A stretch of DNA of 18,337 bases from a bacterium. GTDB taxonomy: Bacteria > CALINM01. Below, piece after piece: positions 1 to 8,421 of this stretch (the stretch's first letter is position 1; every line of letters begins with the position of its first letter). Below the pieces are notes generated by a model that saw only the letters and a program-made list of their open reading frames with translations, did no database searches and was not told where the DNA came from. Position numbers and translations under genes: made by a program. Location of the stretch: positions 1 to 18,337 of the forward strand of contig JBEQAF010000039.1 of NCBI GenBank assembly GCA_041640455.1, read 5' to 3'.

Positions 1-32
1 TACCGAGTTCTTAAAATAAAAAGGAGGAATCT

Positions 33-1235
33 ATGAAAAAATACCTATCCTTATTATTTATAGGGGTGTTTTTGTTTGCCTGCGCCAAGGTAGAAAAAAG
101 ATGTGTCGGTATTGAAGATAACGCAAACACTCATTATGTTCAGGGGATGAAGGCGCTGGAAGCTAAAAAATTGGATGTGGCTGAAGAAAAATTTAACAGA
201 GCCTTGTACTGCGAATTTGACAAGATATCAAATCCATATGGTGGACTGGCTATAGTTTATGCATATAAAGCCGCAGCAGAAAAAGATCCTAAGTTTGCCG
301 CTGTTCAGGTAGATAGGTCATTGTCGAATCTAAAAAAGGCAGCAGATAAGGCAGTAAGTAAAGAAGATAAGTTTGAGTATAATATTGCTGGCATGAGAGT
401 TTATACCATTATAAAGGGAAAAGACTGGCTGGAAAAGGTAGAAGATTTTTATAAAGATGGCAGAAACATAGATGTGAATGAGCAGAAGCTGGACTATTAT
501 CAGGGAAAAGAGGCTATCCATTATTTCATGGGAGAGGCATATCTGACCGCAAGGGAGTTTAATAAAGCCAGAGATATGTATACTAAAGTTTTGGAGGCAA
601 AAAGAGAAGGCAAGTGGAATGAACCGGCTGACAAAGGATTTAAAAGAGTTGACAAAATTGCGAGAGCTGTGGCTGGTATGAGTCTGGGAGAGATGGGTAA
701 AAAGCTTGCCATGGAAGATAAGATTACAAGAGGAGCCCTGGCGGCACTTCTTATATCAGAGATGAAATTAGATAAGATTCTGGCAGGTAGAATACCTGTA
801 AAATCTCAGCTGGATGCCATGAAAGCAGAGTTTGTTCCCGCTGATGTTATAAATCATATTTATAAGGATGAGGTTCTGACTCTTATGAAGTTTAACGTAA
901 GGGGGCTTGAACCTATATTTGACCAGACTACTAAGGCATATCTTTTTAAAATAGATGAGCCCGTTTTAAGAAGGGATCTCGCCTTTATACTGGAAGATAT
1001 TCTGGTAAAGATCACAGGAGATGAAAAGCTTTACACAGCCTACTTCGGAAACGATAGGTCACCCTATCCGGATGTTTCAAGAAGCGCTCCTTGGTTTAAC
1101 GCAGTAATGAATGCAGTGACAAGAGGGCTTATGGAACCTGAGCTTTCTGGTGAGTTCAGGGCAAATGATGCTATTGACGGAGCAGAAGCCCTGCTTGCTA
1201 TAAGAATGCTCAAACAGAGAGTAAATATATATTAG
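33..1235 (+). CDS. Lipoprotein with N-terminal TPR-like repeats and C-terminal S-layer homology (SLH) domains
   Basis: Lipobox-type signal MKKYLSLLFIGVFLFA-C. TPR-like helices (HYVQGMKALEAKKLDVAEEKFNRAL; HYFMGEAYLTAREFNKARDMYTKVL). SLH-like segments ITRGALAALL, PADVINHIYKDEV...VLRRDLAFIL and YPDVSRSAPWFNAVMNAVTRGLM...FRANDAIDGAEALLAI. Shine-Dalgarno AGGAGG at 22-27. Confidence 0.8.
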   Translation: MKKYLSLLFIGVFLFACAKVEKRCVGIEDNANTHYVQGMKALEAKKLDVAEEKFNRALYCEFDKISNPYGGLAIVYAYKAAAEKDPKFAAVQVDRSLSNLKKAADKAVSKEDKFEYNIAGMRVYTIIKGKDWLEKVEDFYKDGRNIDVNEQKLDYYQGKEAIHYFMGEAYLTAREFNKARDMYTKVLEAKREGKWNEPADKGFKRVDKIARAVAGMSLGEMGKKLAMEDKITRGALAALLISEMKLDKILAGRIPVKSQLDAMKAEFVPADVINHIYKDEVLTLMKFNVRGLEPIFDQTTKAYLFKIDEPVLRRDLAFILEDILVKITGDEKLYTAYFGNDRSPYPDVSRSAPWFNAVMNAVTRGLMEPELSGEFRANDAIDGAEALLAIRMLKQRVNIY

Positions 1236-1245
1236 GAGGGTCTAA

Positions 1246-2205
1246 ATGAAAAAAATAATAGTCTTACTAATCTTATTGTTTGCTTCTATTGCAAGCGCTC
1301 AATACTATCAACAGCCCTATCAGCAGCAACCATACCCACAACAGCCCTATGGGCAGCCCTATCCACAGCAACAGCCCATGCCCTATCAGCAGCCCTATGG
1401 TCAACCTCAGTATGGTCAGCCCATGATGCAACCAGCTATGCCCATGGTTACAACCTCACCTTCGCAGGCTTTCATTAACGGAAATTTTATAGTCAAAGGA
1501 GAGGGTGCAGCTCCAGCAGATAGACCGTTATCAGCGGCACAGAAAAGAATAATGGCTATAAGAGCCGCTCAGGTTGTTGCTTATAGAAATCTTGCAGAGT
1601 TTCTACAGGGTGTCAGCGTCTACGGAGAGACGCTGGTTAAAGATGCGGCTGTTTCATCTGATATTATAAAGACCAAGGTAGAAGCTCTTGTTAAAGGTGC
1701 TCAGATTATTTCCGAGCAGTATGATCCTATGAGTGAGCTTGGTATTGTTTACCTTAAAGTGGATATGTTTGGTTCCGCTGGTATGGCAGGACAGCTTTTA
1801 CCAGCTATTCTCCCCACGATTCCTCCCGCACCTATGTATGCCCCGCCCTCAGTTCCTCCAGCTGAGCCCTTTGACAGTCTGATTATTGATGTTACCGATT
1901 TTGCATTCAAACCAGCGCTTATTAACCGAATTGTCAATGAAAAAGGTGAAGCCGTATATGAGCCCTCAAAAATTGCTCAGGAGATACTAATCAAAAGAGG
2001 TTGTGGAGATTATACCAACGATCTGGGAAAGGCAAGGGCAATTCTGGCAGAAAGAAACCTTAAAAATCCTCTGATTGTTAAGGCAAAGGGCGTTGTAAAG
2101 TCTACTGATGCAGAGGTCTCGGGTGATGATGCAGCAAGGATTTTCGGCGCCAATCAGAAAACAAGCTTTCTGCAAGGTGCCAATGTGGTATTTTTGTTAA
2201 AATAA
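1246..2205 (+). CDS. Secreted LPP20/FlgP-like domain protein with an N-terminal Gln/Pro/Tyr-rich low-complexity region
   Basis: Signal peptide ending ASA with no Cys. QQPY repeats follow, then VKGEGAAP...AIRAAQVVAYRNLAEFLQGVSV...KVEALVKGAQII, which resembles LPP20-family domains. SD AGGAGG at 1234-1239 overlaps the upstream TAG. Confidence 0.7.
   Translation: MKKIIVLLILLFASIASAQYYQQPYQQQPYPQQPYGQPYPQQQPMPYQQPYGQPQYGQPMMQPAMPMVTTSPSQAFINGNFIVKGEGAAPADRPLSAAQKRIMAIRAAQVVAYRNLAEFLQGVSVYGETLVKDAAVSSDIIKTKVEALVKGAQIISEQYDPMSELGIVYLKVDMFGSAGMAGQLLPAILPTIPPAPMYAPPSVPPAEPFDSLIIDVTDFAFKPALINRIVNEKGEAVYEPSKIAQEILIKRGCGDYTNDLGKARAILAERNLKNPLIVKAKGVVKSTDAEVSGDDAARIFGANQKTSFLQGANVVFLLK
1300..1446 (+). 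repeat. Coding low-complexity repeat (QQPY/GQPY/QQPM)
   Basis: CAGCCCTAT occurs exactly at 1312, 1342, 1354 and 1390, and CAGCCCATG at 1372 and 1417. Encodes QYYQQPYQQQPYPQQPYGQPYPQQQPMPYQQPYGQPQYGQPMMQPAMPM. Confidence 0.9.
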
Positions 2206-2229
2206 AGTTTTATATGGTAGTGAATTAAT

Positions 2230-3414
2230 ATGAAAAAAATTCTATTGCTACTCTTAAGTTTATTTGTTATCTCCTGTGTGTCCTCAGGGGAATACAAAGC
2301 AAGGCTGGCAGATATAGAAAATCTTAAGTCTGAAAAGGAAAATCTGCTTGAGCAGATTAAAAATAAAGACAAAGAGATAGATTCTTTGAAAGCCACACTT
2401 ACCAGGAACGAAGAGGAGTCAAAAAGAAAAAATGAAGAGATAAAAGCGCTTAAAGACCAGGTAGAAGAGATTAAAAGACAGATTAAGGACCTTGAACTGG
2501 AGAATAACAAGCTGAGCCAGGAAAAGGCAAAGCTTATTAACGATCACGACAAACTTATTAATGATTATAAGGATTTAAAAAAGACCCTTGAGTCCAGCAA
2601 GGATGAACTTACTAAAAATGTGATGGGGCTCAAAAATGTCATATCAGAAAAAGATGCAAAGATAAAAGAGCTGGAGCTGGAGATTGGTAATAAAAACAAA
2701 AGGATAGAAGCTCTAAAAGAAGAGGATCTTCAGAATAAAGAAAACATTAAAGCGGCAAAAACGAGGATAGCTGAGCTGGAGTCAGAAAAGGCATTACTTG
2801 AAAAAAGGCTGAGCCAATCCCAGCAGGAAGAAAGCAAACTCAAGGAAGAGATCTCTCAAAAGGATCTTTATATTAATGATCTCAAAGGGGAGATAAGGGC
2901 ACTTTCAACAGATAAGGCAAAAGTCATGGAAGAGAAGGAAAAGATTATTGCTGAGATGAAAAAAACCTATGACAATCTGGTTACGGAGCTGAGCAATGAG
3001 ATAAAAAAGGGCGAGATTGAGGTTACCCAGCTGAGAGATAAACTGACATTACAGCTGGTAGAAAAGATACTTTTTGAATCTGGAAGTGCCGAAATAAAGG
3101 GTAGCGGAAAGCTTGTTATTGACAGAGTTGCAGAAATTCTTAAAAAAGTTAAGGGGAAGCATATAAGAATTGAAGGACATACAGACAATAAGCCCATAGG
3201 TCCAAAGATTTCAAAAAAATTTGCTACAAACTGGGAGCTATCTTCAGCAAGGGCTACAACTGTGGTGAGATATCTTATTGAAAAAGGTGGCATTGATGCA
3301 AAATATCTTAGCGCTGTTGGTTATGCAGAGTTCAGACCTGTGGCTTCCAACGACACGGAAGAGGGGAGGGCAAAAAACAGGCGGAGTGAGATAATCTTAA
3401 CTCCTATGGAATAA
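2230..3414 (+). CDS. Coiled-coil lipoprotein with C-terminal OmpA/MotB-type peptidoglycan-binding domain
   Basis: Lipobox-like FVIS-C, then about 240 aa of E/K/L/I heptad pattern. The C-terminus has ILFESGSAEI, IRIEGHTDN, NWELSSARA and AVGYAEFRPVASNDTEEGRAKNRR, typical of the OmpA_C/MotB domain. Confidence 0.9.
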   Translation: MKKILLLLLSLFVISCVSSGEYKARLADIENLKSEKENLLEQIKNKDKEIDSLKATLTRNEEESKRKNEEIKALKDQVEEIKRQIKDLELENNKLSQEKAKLINDHDKLINDYKDLKKTLESSKDELTKNVMGLKNVISEKDAKIKELELEIGNKNKRIEALKEEDLQNKENIKAAKTRIAELESEKALLEKRLSQSQQEESKLKEEISQKDLYINDLKGEIRALSTDKAKVMEEKEKIIAEMKKTYDNLVTELSNEIKKGEIEVTQLRDKLTLQLVEKILFESGSAEIKGSGKLVIDRVAEILKKVKGKHIRIEGHTDNKPIGPKISKKFATNWELSSARATTVVRYLIEKGGIDAKYLSAVGYAEFRPVASNDTEEGRAKNRRSEIILTPME

Positions 3415-3454
3415 TTTTTTTCTGCTTAAAATTTGCCAAATGCCGAGGTAGGTT

Positions 3455-4549
3455 ATGAAAAAAAGTCTGGTCATTTTATTTTTAATATTATTAACGGGTA
3501 GCCTTTTTGCTCAGCAGTTTGTTGAAGCAACCGGGGAAAGTATAATAATAAACAACGATATATCTCAGGCAAGAAATGAAGCCATATTAAGAGCCAAATG
3601 GACGGCGGCTGAGAGTGTGCTGGGAGTTAAAGTTAAGGCTCAAAGTGTGGTACAGAATTTTGCATTGGTTGATGAGATGATTCAGAAATCTGTTAGCGGA
3701 TATGTTGAGTCCTATAAGGTTTTGCAGGAAGGCAAAGACGGAGACCTTTACAGGGTAAGGATCTCTGCAAAGGTTGTAAAAGAACAGGCTGAAAAGGCAG
3801 TTTCAAACATGTTAAGAGTTAGCTCAGTAGCCCTACTTATCCCCGCTTTTTTTCCTGATGGAGTAATAGATGAGACCAATGCTTTATCTGAAAGTCTACT
3901 TGGGAGTATTGTGGAACAGAACTTTAATGTGGTTGATATAGCCAGCATGGAGCCTGGTATAGCAGGAGATGTAGAAAGGGCAATCAGAAACAACGATATG
4001 CTTTTCAGTAGATCTGTAATGTTAAAATCCCTCTCTAATCTGCTTGTGCTGGGAAAGATTGATATGAATGTGTCTTCTCAAAAGGGAGAGGATGTGGGAT
4101 ACGGAATAAAGATGCCCTTTAATCAGGTAACAGCCAGATTAAATTACAGGATTATAAGCGCTATGGATAAAAAGATAGTCAAAGCAGGCTCGCTGGAGGC
4201 TAAGGGGAAAGCGGCTTCACCAAAAGATGCGGCTAATCAGGCGCTGACTCAGCTTTCAAAGAAGGTAGCTCCTGAAATTATATCAACTCTGAACAAGTAT
4301 ATGGAAGGGGCTACAAAAAAGATAAGAGTAAAATTTGAAAATCTTAAAAGTCTGGGAGAAACCTTAGGGATAAAGGAGACTCTTCAAAATCTTGCATGGG
4401 TAAAATCAGTTCAGGAGGAAAAGATGGGCGAATATGTAGTTGAATATCCTGAAAACACCCTTTATCTTGCCAACAGTATTGCACAGAACCCGTCTTATAA
4501 AATAAAAGATTTTTCAGAGTTTTCAATAACAGTCAGGGTAAACCAGTAA
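3455..4549 (+). CDS. Secreted protein with a flagellar assembly protein T N-terminal (FlgT_N)-like domain
   Basis: Signal peptide ending LFA. The N-terminal VEATGESIIINNDISQARNEAILRAKWTAAESVLGVKV...SGYVESYKVLQE...YRVRISAKV resembles FlgT_N. An alpha/beta middle region follows. Confidence 0.65.
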   Translation: MKKSLVILFLILLTGSLFAQQFVEATGESIIINNDISQARNEAILRAKWTAAESVLGVKVKAQSVVQNFALVDEMIQKSVSGYVESYKVLQEGKDGDLYRVRISAKVVKEQAEKAVSNMLRVSSVALLIPAFFPDGVIDETNALSESLLGSIVEQNFNVVDIASMEPGIAGDVERAIRNNDMLFSRSVMLKSLSNLLVLGKIDMNVSSQKGEDVGYGIKMPFNQVTARLNYRIISAMDKKIVKAGSLEAKGKAASPKDAANQALTQLSKKVAPEIISTLNKYMEGATKKIRVKFENLKSLGETLGIKETLQNLAWVKSVQEEKMGEYVVEYPENTLYLANSIAQNPSYKIKDFSEFSITVRVNQ

Positions 4550-4579
4550 TAAAAATTCTGAATTTCAGAAACTTTAACT

Positions 4580-4603
4580 GCCGGGGGTTATCCCCGGCTT
4601 TTT
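4580..4603 (+). terminator. Rho-independent terminator of the envelope operon
   Basis: GCCGGGG (4580-4586) pairs with CCCCGGC (4592-4598) as a perfect 7-bp GC stem, followed by TTTTT (4599-4603), 30 nt after the stop at 4549. Confidence 0.9.
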
Positions 4604-4638
4604 AAATATCAGTAAACAGGTAAAATCTTTATAAATTC

Positions 4639-4693
4639 TTTCAAGCAGAAAATAATATGTGTTAAAATTTACAGAACTTATTTGATAGGGAGG
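4639..4693 (+). promoter_or_regulatory. Putative sigma70 extended -10 promoter and RBS of galU
   Basis: TG-T-TAAAAT at 4660-4668 fits the TGn + -10 pattern. Weak -35 TTTCAA at 4639-4644. GGAGG at 4689-4693. Confidence 0.5.
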
Positions 4694-4700
4694 AGAGATA

Positions 4701-5558
4701 ATGATTTTAAGAAAAGTGGTTTTCCCTGCTGCAGGTCTGGGGACAAGATTTCTACCTGTCACCAAATGCATTCCAAAGGAAATGCTCCCCATAGTAGATA
4801 AACCACTCATTCAGTATGGGGTAGAGGAGGCGATGTCTGCAGGTTTTAAGGACGTTATTGTGGTTACCGGAAGAGGTAAAAATGCCATAGAGGACTATTT
4901 TGATCACTCCTTTGAACTTGAGCAGATACTATCTGAGAGGCAGGATGACGGGAATCTGGAAGAAATAACCAGATTGCCAAAGGAAATAAATGTAGCTTAT
5001 ATCAGGCAGAAAAAACCCCTTGGGTTGGGGCATGCAGTTTTGTGCACCGAAGCAATGATAGCGAAGGAAGAGTATTTTGCTGTGGTATTATCAGATGATA
5101 TTATTGATGCAAAAGTACCTGTGCTTAAACAGATGGTTAATGTGGCAAAAAAATATAAAGCACCTGTTATAGCTCTGATGGAGGTTGAAAGGTCTCAGAT
5201 AAGTAAATATGGAATCATAAAAGGTAAACAGATAGAAAACAGGGTGTTTGAGTTAAACGATATGATTGAAAAACCAGCTGTTGAAAATGCGCCTTCCAAT
5301 CTTGCCATCATTGGTAGATATATCCTGCCGCACGAAATATTCTCTCATATTAAAAAAGTCAAGCCAGGAAAAAACGGTGAGATTCAGCTTACCGACGCAT
5401 TAAGGAGCTATGGACAGAAAAAGAAAATTCTGGGATATGTGTTTGAGGGCACCAGATATGATGCAGGGGATAAATTTGGCTACCTTCATGCAAACCTTAT
5501 GTTCGGCTTGAAAAGAAAAGATATTGGAGATAAACTTAAACATATAATTAAAACTTAA
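4701..5558 (+). CDS. galU: UTP--glucose-1-phosphate uridylyltransferase
   Basis: KVVFPAAGLGTRFLPVTKCIPKEMLPIVDKPLIQYGVEEA, RQKKPLGLGHAV, EKP...PSNLAIIGRYIL, GEIQLTDAL and RYDAGDKFGY are GalU signature motifs. Confidence 0.95.
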   Translation: MILRKVVFPAAGLGTRFLPVTKCIPKEMLPIVDKPLIQYGVEEAMSAGFKDVIVVTGRGKNAIEDYFDHSFELEQILSERQDDGNLEEITRLPKEINVAYIRQKKPLGLGHAVLCTEAMIAKEEYFAVVLSDDIIDAKVPVLKQMVNVAKKYKAPVIALMEVERSQISKYGIIKGKQIENRVFELNDMIEKPAVENAPSNLAIIGRYILPHEIFSHIKKVKPGKNGEIQLTDALRSYGQKKKILGYVFEGTRYDAGDKFGYLHANLMFGLKRKDIGDKLKHIIKT

Positions 5559-5560
5559 TT

Positions 5561-5992
5561 ATGGCAGAGAGAAAAAAGATGAAAGGCAGACTTTACCCCC
5601 ATATATCGCTGGAAGATATGCTGGCAATGGATCCTATTGAGATAGAAGATGGATGCTCCTTTCTTCCCTTTACGGATATTGTAGAAAGGGAAGATAGTTT
5701 TCTAATTGAGATGGAATTACCCGGTGTTCTAAAAAATGAAATTGATATTGAGATTGTGGAAAGCGCTGTTATTGTTAAGGGGGTAAAGCAAAGAGTTAAT
5801 GTATGTCAGAAAGGCACAATCAAGTATCATTGCATGGGTAGGGCTTATGGCAGATTCAAAAGGAGATTTGATATACCGAAACCTTTTAATTCGAGAGAAG
5901 TGAAGGCAAGACTTGACAATGGTTTATTAGTGATTATATTACCTAAGATTATTGATAAAAGGAAAAAAAGCATAAAAATCCCTGTTGAATAG
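5561..5992 (+). CDS. Hsp20/alpha-crystallin family small heat shock protein
   Basis: [40 protein letters not shown] and [17 protein letters not shown]-terminal IPVE matches the I-x-I/V motif. Confidence 0.9.
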   Translation: MAERKKMKGRLYPHISLEDMLAMDPIEIEDGCSFLPFTDIVEREDSFLIEMELPGVLKNEIDIEIVESAVIVKGVKQRVNVCQKGTIKYHCMGRAYGRFKRRFDIPKPFNSREVKARLDNGLLVIILPKIIDKRKKSIKIPVE

Positions 5993-6000
5993 GAGGGGCT

Positions 6001-8421
6001 GTGTTAGAAGAAAGGGACGAAAAGTCTTTTGAAAAAAATTTAGAGATACCAGAAGAGCTTCCGCTTTTGCCAGTAAGAGATATAGTAATATTTCCTCTTA
6101 TGATTGTCCCGCTATTTGTGGGTAGAGAGATATCCATTAAAGCCGTAGAGGAGGCGCTTAGCAAAGATAGAATAATCATGCTCTCAGCCCAGAAAGATGC
6201 ATCAGAAGATGACCCAAAACCTGAACAGATTAACAGGATGGGCACCGCATCGCTTATTATGAGAATGCTTAAACTCCCGGATGGCAGGATTAAGATACTT
6301 GTTCAGGGGCTTTCGAGAGCTGAGATACTGGAATATCTGGAGACCAAACCCTGCTTTAAGGTAAAAATCAGAAAGATAGATGAAACACCATCTCTCTCAA
6401 ATATTGAGGTAGAAGCTCTTATAAGAACCGTTAAGGAACAGGTGGAAAAAATCATCTCCCTTGGGAAACCCATTTCTCCTGATGTGATGGTTATAATAGA
6501 AAATGTGGATGATGTGGGGAAGCTAGCAGACCTTGTGGCTTCCAATCTGGGTTTCAAACTGGAGGATAATCAGAAGATTCTGGATATTATAGATCCTGTA
6601 GAGAGAATTAAAAAGGTTAACGAGCTTTTGAATAAGGAGATTCAACTGCTTGAGGTGCAGGCAAAGATACAAAGCCATGCAAAGGAAGAGATTTCCAAAA
6701 GTCAGAAGGAGTATTTTTTAAGGGAACAGCTAAGAGCTATTCAGCAGGAGCTGGGAGAGACGGATGACAGATTTCAGGAGCTCGAGGAGTATAGAAAAAA
6801 AATACTTAAGGCTAAAATGCCCAGTGAAGTTGAAAAAGAGGCTATGAAAAATCTGAAAAGGCTTGAAATGATGCATCCCGATTCTGCTGAATCAGGCGTA
6901 ATAAGGACATATCTGGATTGGATGGTGGAACTGCCCTGGTCAAAGGCGACGAGGGATAGCATTGACATAAAAACGGCAGCCAAAATTCTTGATGAAGATC
7001 ATTATGATCTGGAGAGAATAAAAGAGAGAATTCTTGAGTTTTTATCTGTCAGGAAGCTAAATGAGAAGATCAAAGGACCTATTCTTTGTTTTGTTGGACC
7101 TCCAGGCGTTGGAAAAACATCTCTGGGGAAATCAATAGCCAGAGCACTTAATAGAAAATTTGTTAGAATGTCTTTAGGCGGTTTGAGAGACGAGGCTGAG
7201 ATAAGGGGACACAGGAGAACCTATATCGGTGCTCTACCTGGCAAAATTATTCAGGGAATAAAGCAGGCTGGGACAAAAAATCCTGTTTTTATGCTTGATG
7301 AGATAGATAAGGTGGGTACCGATTTCAGAGGAGATCCTGCATCGGCTTTGCTTGAGGTGCTTGATCCCGAACAGAATAACAGCTTTCAGGATCATTACCT
7401 AAATGTGCCCTTTGATCTATCAAATGTAATGTTTATTACCACAGCAAACCAGCTTGATACCATACCTCCCGCTCTTCTGGATAGAATGGAGATTATCTCA
7501 CTTTCCGGCTATACGGAGGAGGAGAAGCTGGCTATAGCTAAAAAATATCTCATACCGAGGCAGATTAAGGAGAACGGCTTAAAACCAAAAGATATCTTAT
7601 TCTCGGATGATGCTATAAAAGTCATTATAAATCAGTATACCAAAGAGGCAGGTCTAAGAAACCTTGAAAGGCAGATTGCAAATGTTTGCAGAAAGGTTGC
7701 AAGAAAAAAGGCAGAGGGGCATAAAAAGCCTATTTTTATTGATAAAGATGATGTAAGCAAATATTTAAGAGCCCCCCTATTTCTGCCAGAAGTTGGCAGG
7801 GAGAAGGGTCAGGTTGGTATAGCCACCGGTCTTGCATGGACACCTTACGGCGGAGATGTGTTGTATGTGGAGGTCTCTGTGGTTAAAGGGAAGGGAAATC
7901 TAATTATAACCGGGCAGTTAGGAAATGTAATGAAAGAATCAGCTCAAGCAGCATTCACATATTCAAGACTTAAAGCCCCCGAGTTTGGTATAAAGGAAGA
8001 TTTTTATCAGAAAAATGATATTCATATTCATGTGCCAGAGGGTGCTATTCCAAAAGATGGACCATCTGCAGGTGTAACCATGCTTACCGCCATGATATCA
8101 GCCCTTGCAAAACTGCCAGTAAGGACTGATCTTGCCATGACAGGTGAGATTACTTTGAGAGGCAGGGTGCTTCCTGTTGGTGGGATAAGGGAAAAATCTC
8201 TTGCCGCACTGGCAAATGGCATAAAAACAGTTATAATCCCCTATGAGAATAGCAAAGATCTGGAAGATCTGCCTGACTATGTAAAAGAAAAGATTAACTT
8301 TATTCTGGTGAAAAATGTGGATGAGATTTTAAAGATCGCCTTTGAAAAGCCGAAAACTGAAAAAAAGCCAAAATCTACCTCGAAACAAAAAAATGCAGCA
8401 AGACCTCCCCTCGAGATGTAA
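6001..8421 (+). CDS. lon: ATP-dependent endopeptidase La (LonA)
   Basis: GTG start with SD AGGAGG at 5991-5996. N-domain [13 protein letters not shown], Walker [23 protein letters not shown], Walker B FMLDEIDK, catalytic Ser in PKDGPSAG and catalytic Lys in GGIREK. Confidence 0.97.
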   Translation: MLEERDEKSFEKNLEIPEELPLLPVRDIVIFPLMIVPLFVGREISIKAVEEALSKDRIIMLSAQKDASEDDPKPEQINRMGTASLIMRMLKLPDGRIKILVQGLSRAEILEYLETKPCFKVKIRKIDETPSLSNIEVEALIRTVKEQVEKIISLGKPISPDVMVIIENVDDVGKLADLVASNLGFKLEDNQKILDIIDPVERIKKVNELLNKEIQLLEVQAKIQSHAKEEISKSQKEYFLREQLRAIQQELGETDDRFQELEEYRKKILKAKMPSEVEKEAMKNLKRLEMMHPDSAESGVIRTYLDWMVELPWSKATRDSIDIKTAAKILDEDHYDLERIKERILEFLSVRKLNEKIKGPILCFVGPPGVGKTSLGKSIARALNRKFVRMSLGGLRDEAEIRGHRRTYIGALPGKIIQGIKQAGTKNPVFMLDEIDKVGTDFRGDPASALLEVLDPEQNNSFQDHYLNVPFDLSNVMFITTANQLDTIPPALLDRMEIISLSGYTEEEKLAIAKKYLIPRQIKENGLKPKDILFSDDAIKVIINQYTKEAGLRNLERQIANVCRKVARKKAEGHKKPIFIDKDDVSKYLRAPLFLPEVGREKGQVGIATGLAWTPYGGDVLYVEVSVVKGKGNLIITGQLGNVMKESAQAAFTYSRLKAPEFGIKEDFYQKNDIHIHVPEGAIPKDGPSAGVTMLTAMISALAKLPVRTDLAMTGEITLRGRVLPVGGIREKSLAALANGIKTVIIPYENSKDLEDLPDYVKEKINFILVKNVDEILKIAFEKPKTEKKPKSTSKQKNAARPPLEM

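Noticed and set aside
1..36. 3' end of an upstream gene (TEFLK* at 2-19, or a frame ending at TGA 34-36)
   Set aside because: Too little sequence to choose a frame or support a call.
1300..1446. CRISPR-like or non-coding repeat array
   Set aside because: The units are 9 nt, in frame and irregularly spaced inside a CDS, with no spacers or cas genes.
2230..3414. Calling this gene flagellar stator motB
   Set aside because: It has a lipobox-type signal rather than the MotB TM helix with the conserved Asp, and there is no adjacent motA.
330..8222. Short minus-strand ORFs in the track (330-521, 521-712, 1749-1937, 1987-2175, 2154-2510, 2967-3293, 3748-3993, 4344-4526, 4574-4810, 5949-6245, 6303-6557, 6774-6983, 8028-8222)
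   Set aside because: They are antisense shadows of well-supported genes, often S/F/L/I-rich as expected opposite E/K-rich coding strands, and show no recognisable motifs.
8342..8392. TTG start for the aminotransferase given by the ORF track
   Set aside because: It gives an 80-nt overlap with lon and a Lys-rich extension with no family similarity. The ATG at 8393 is more plausible.
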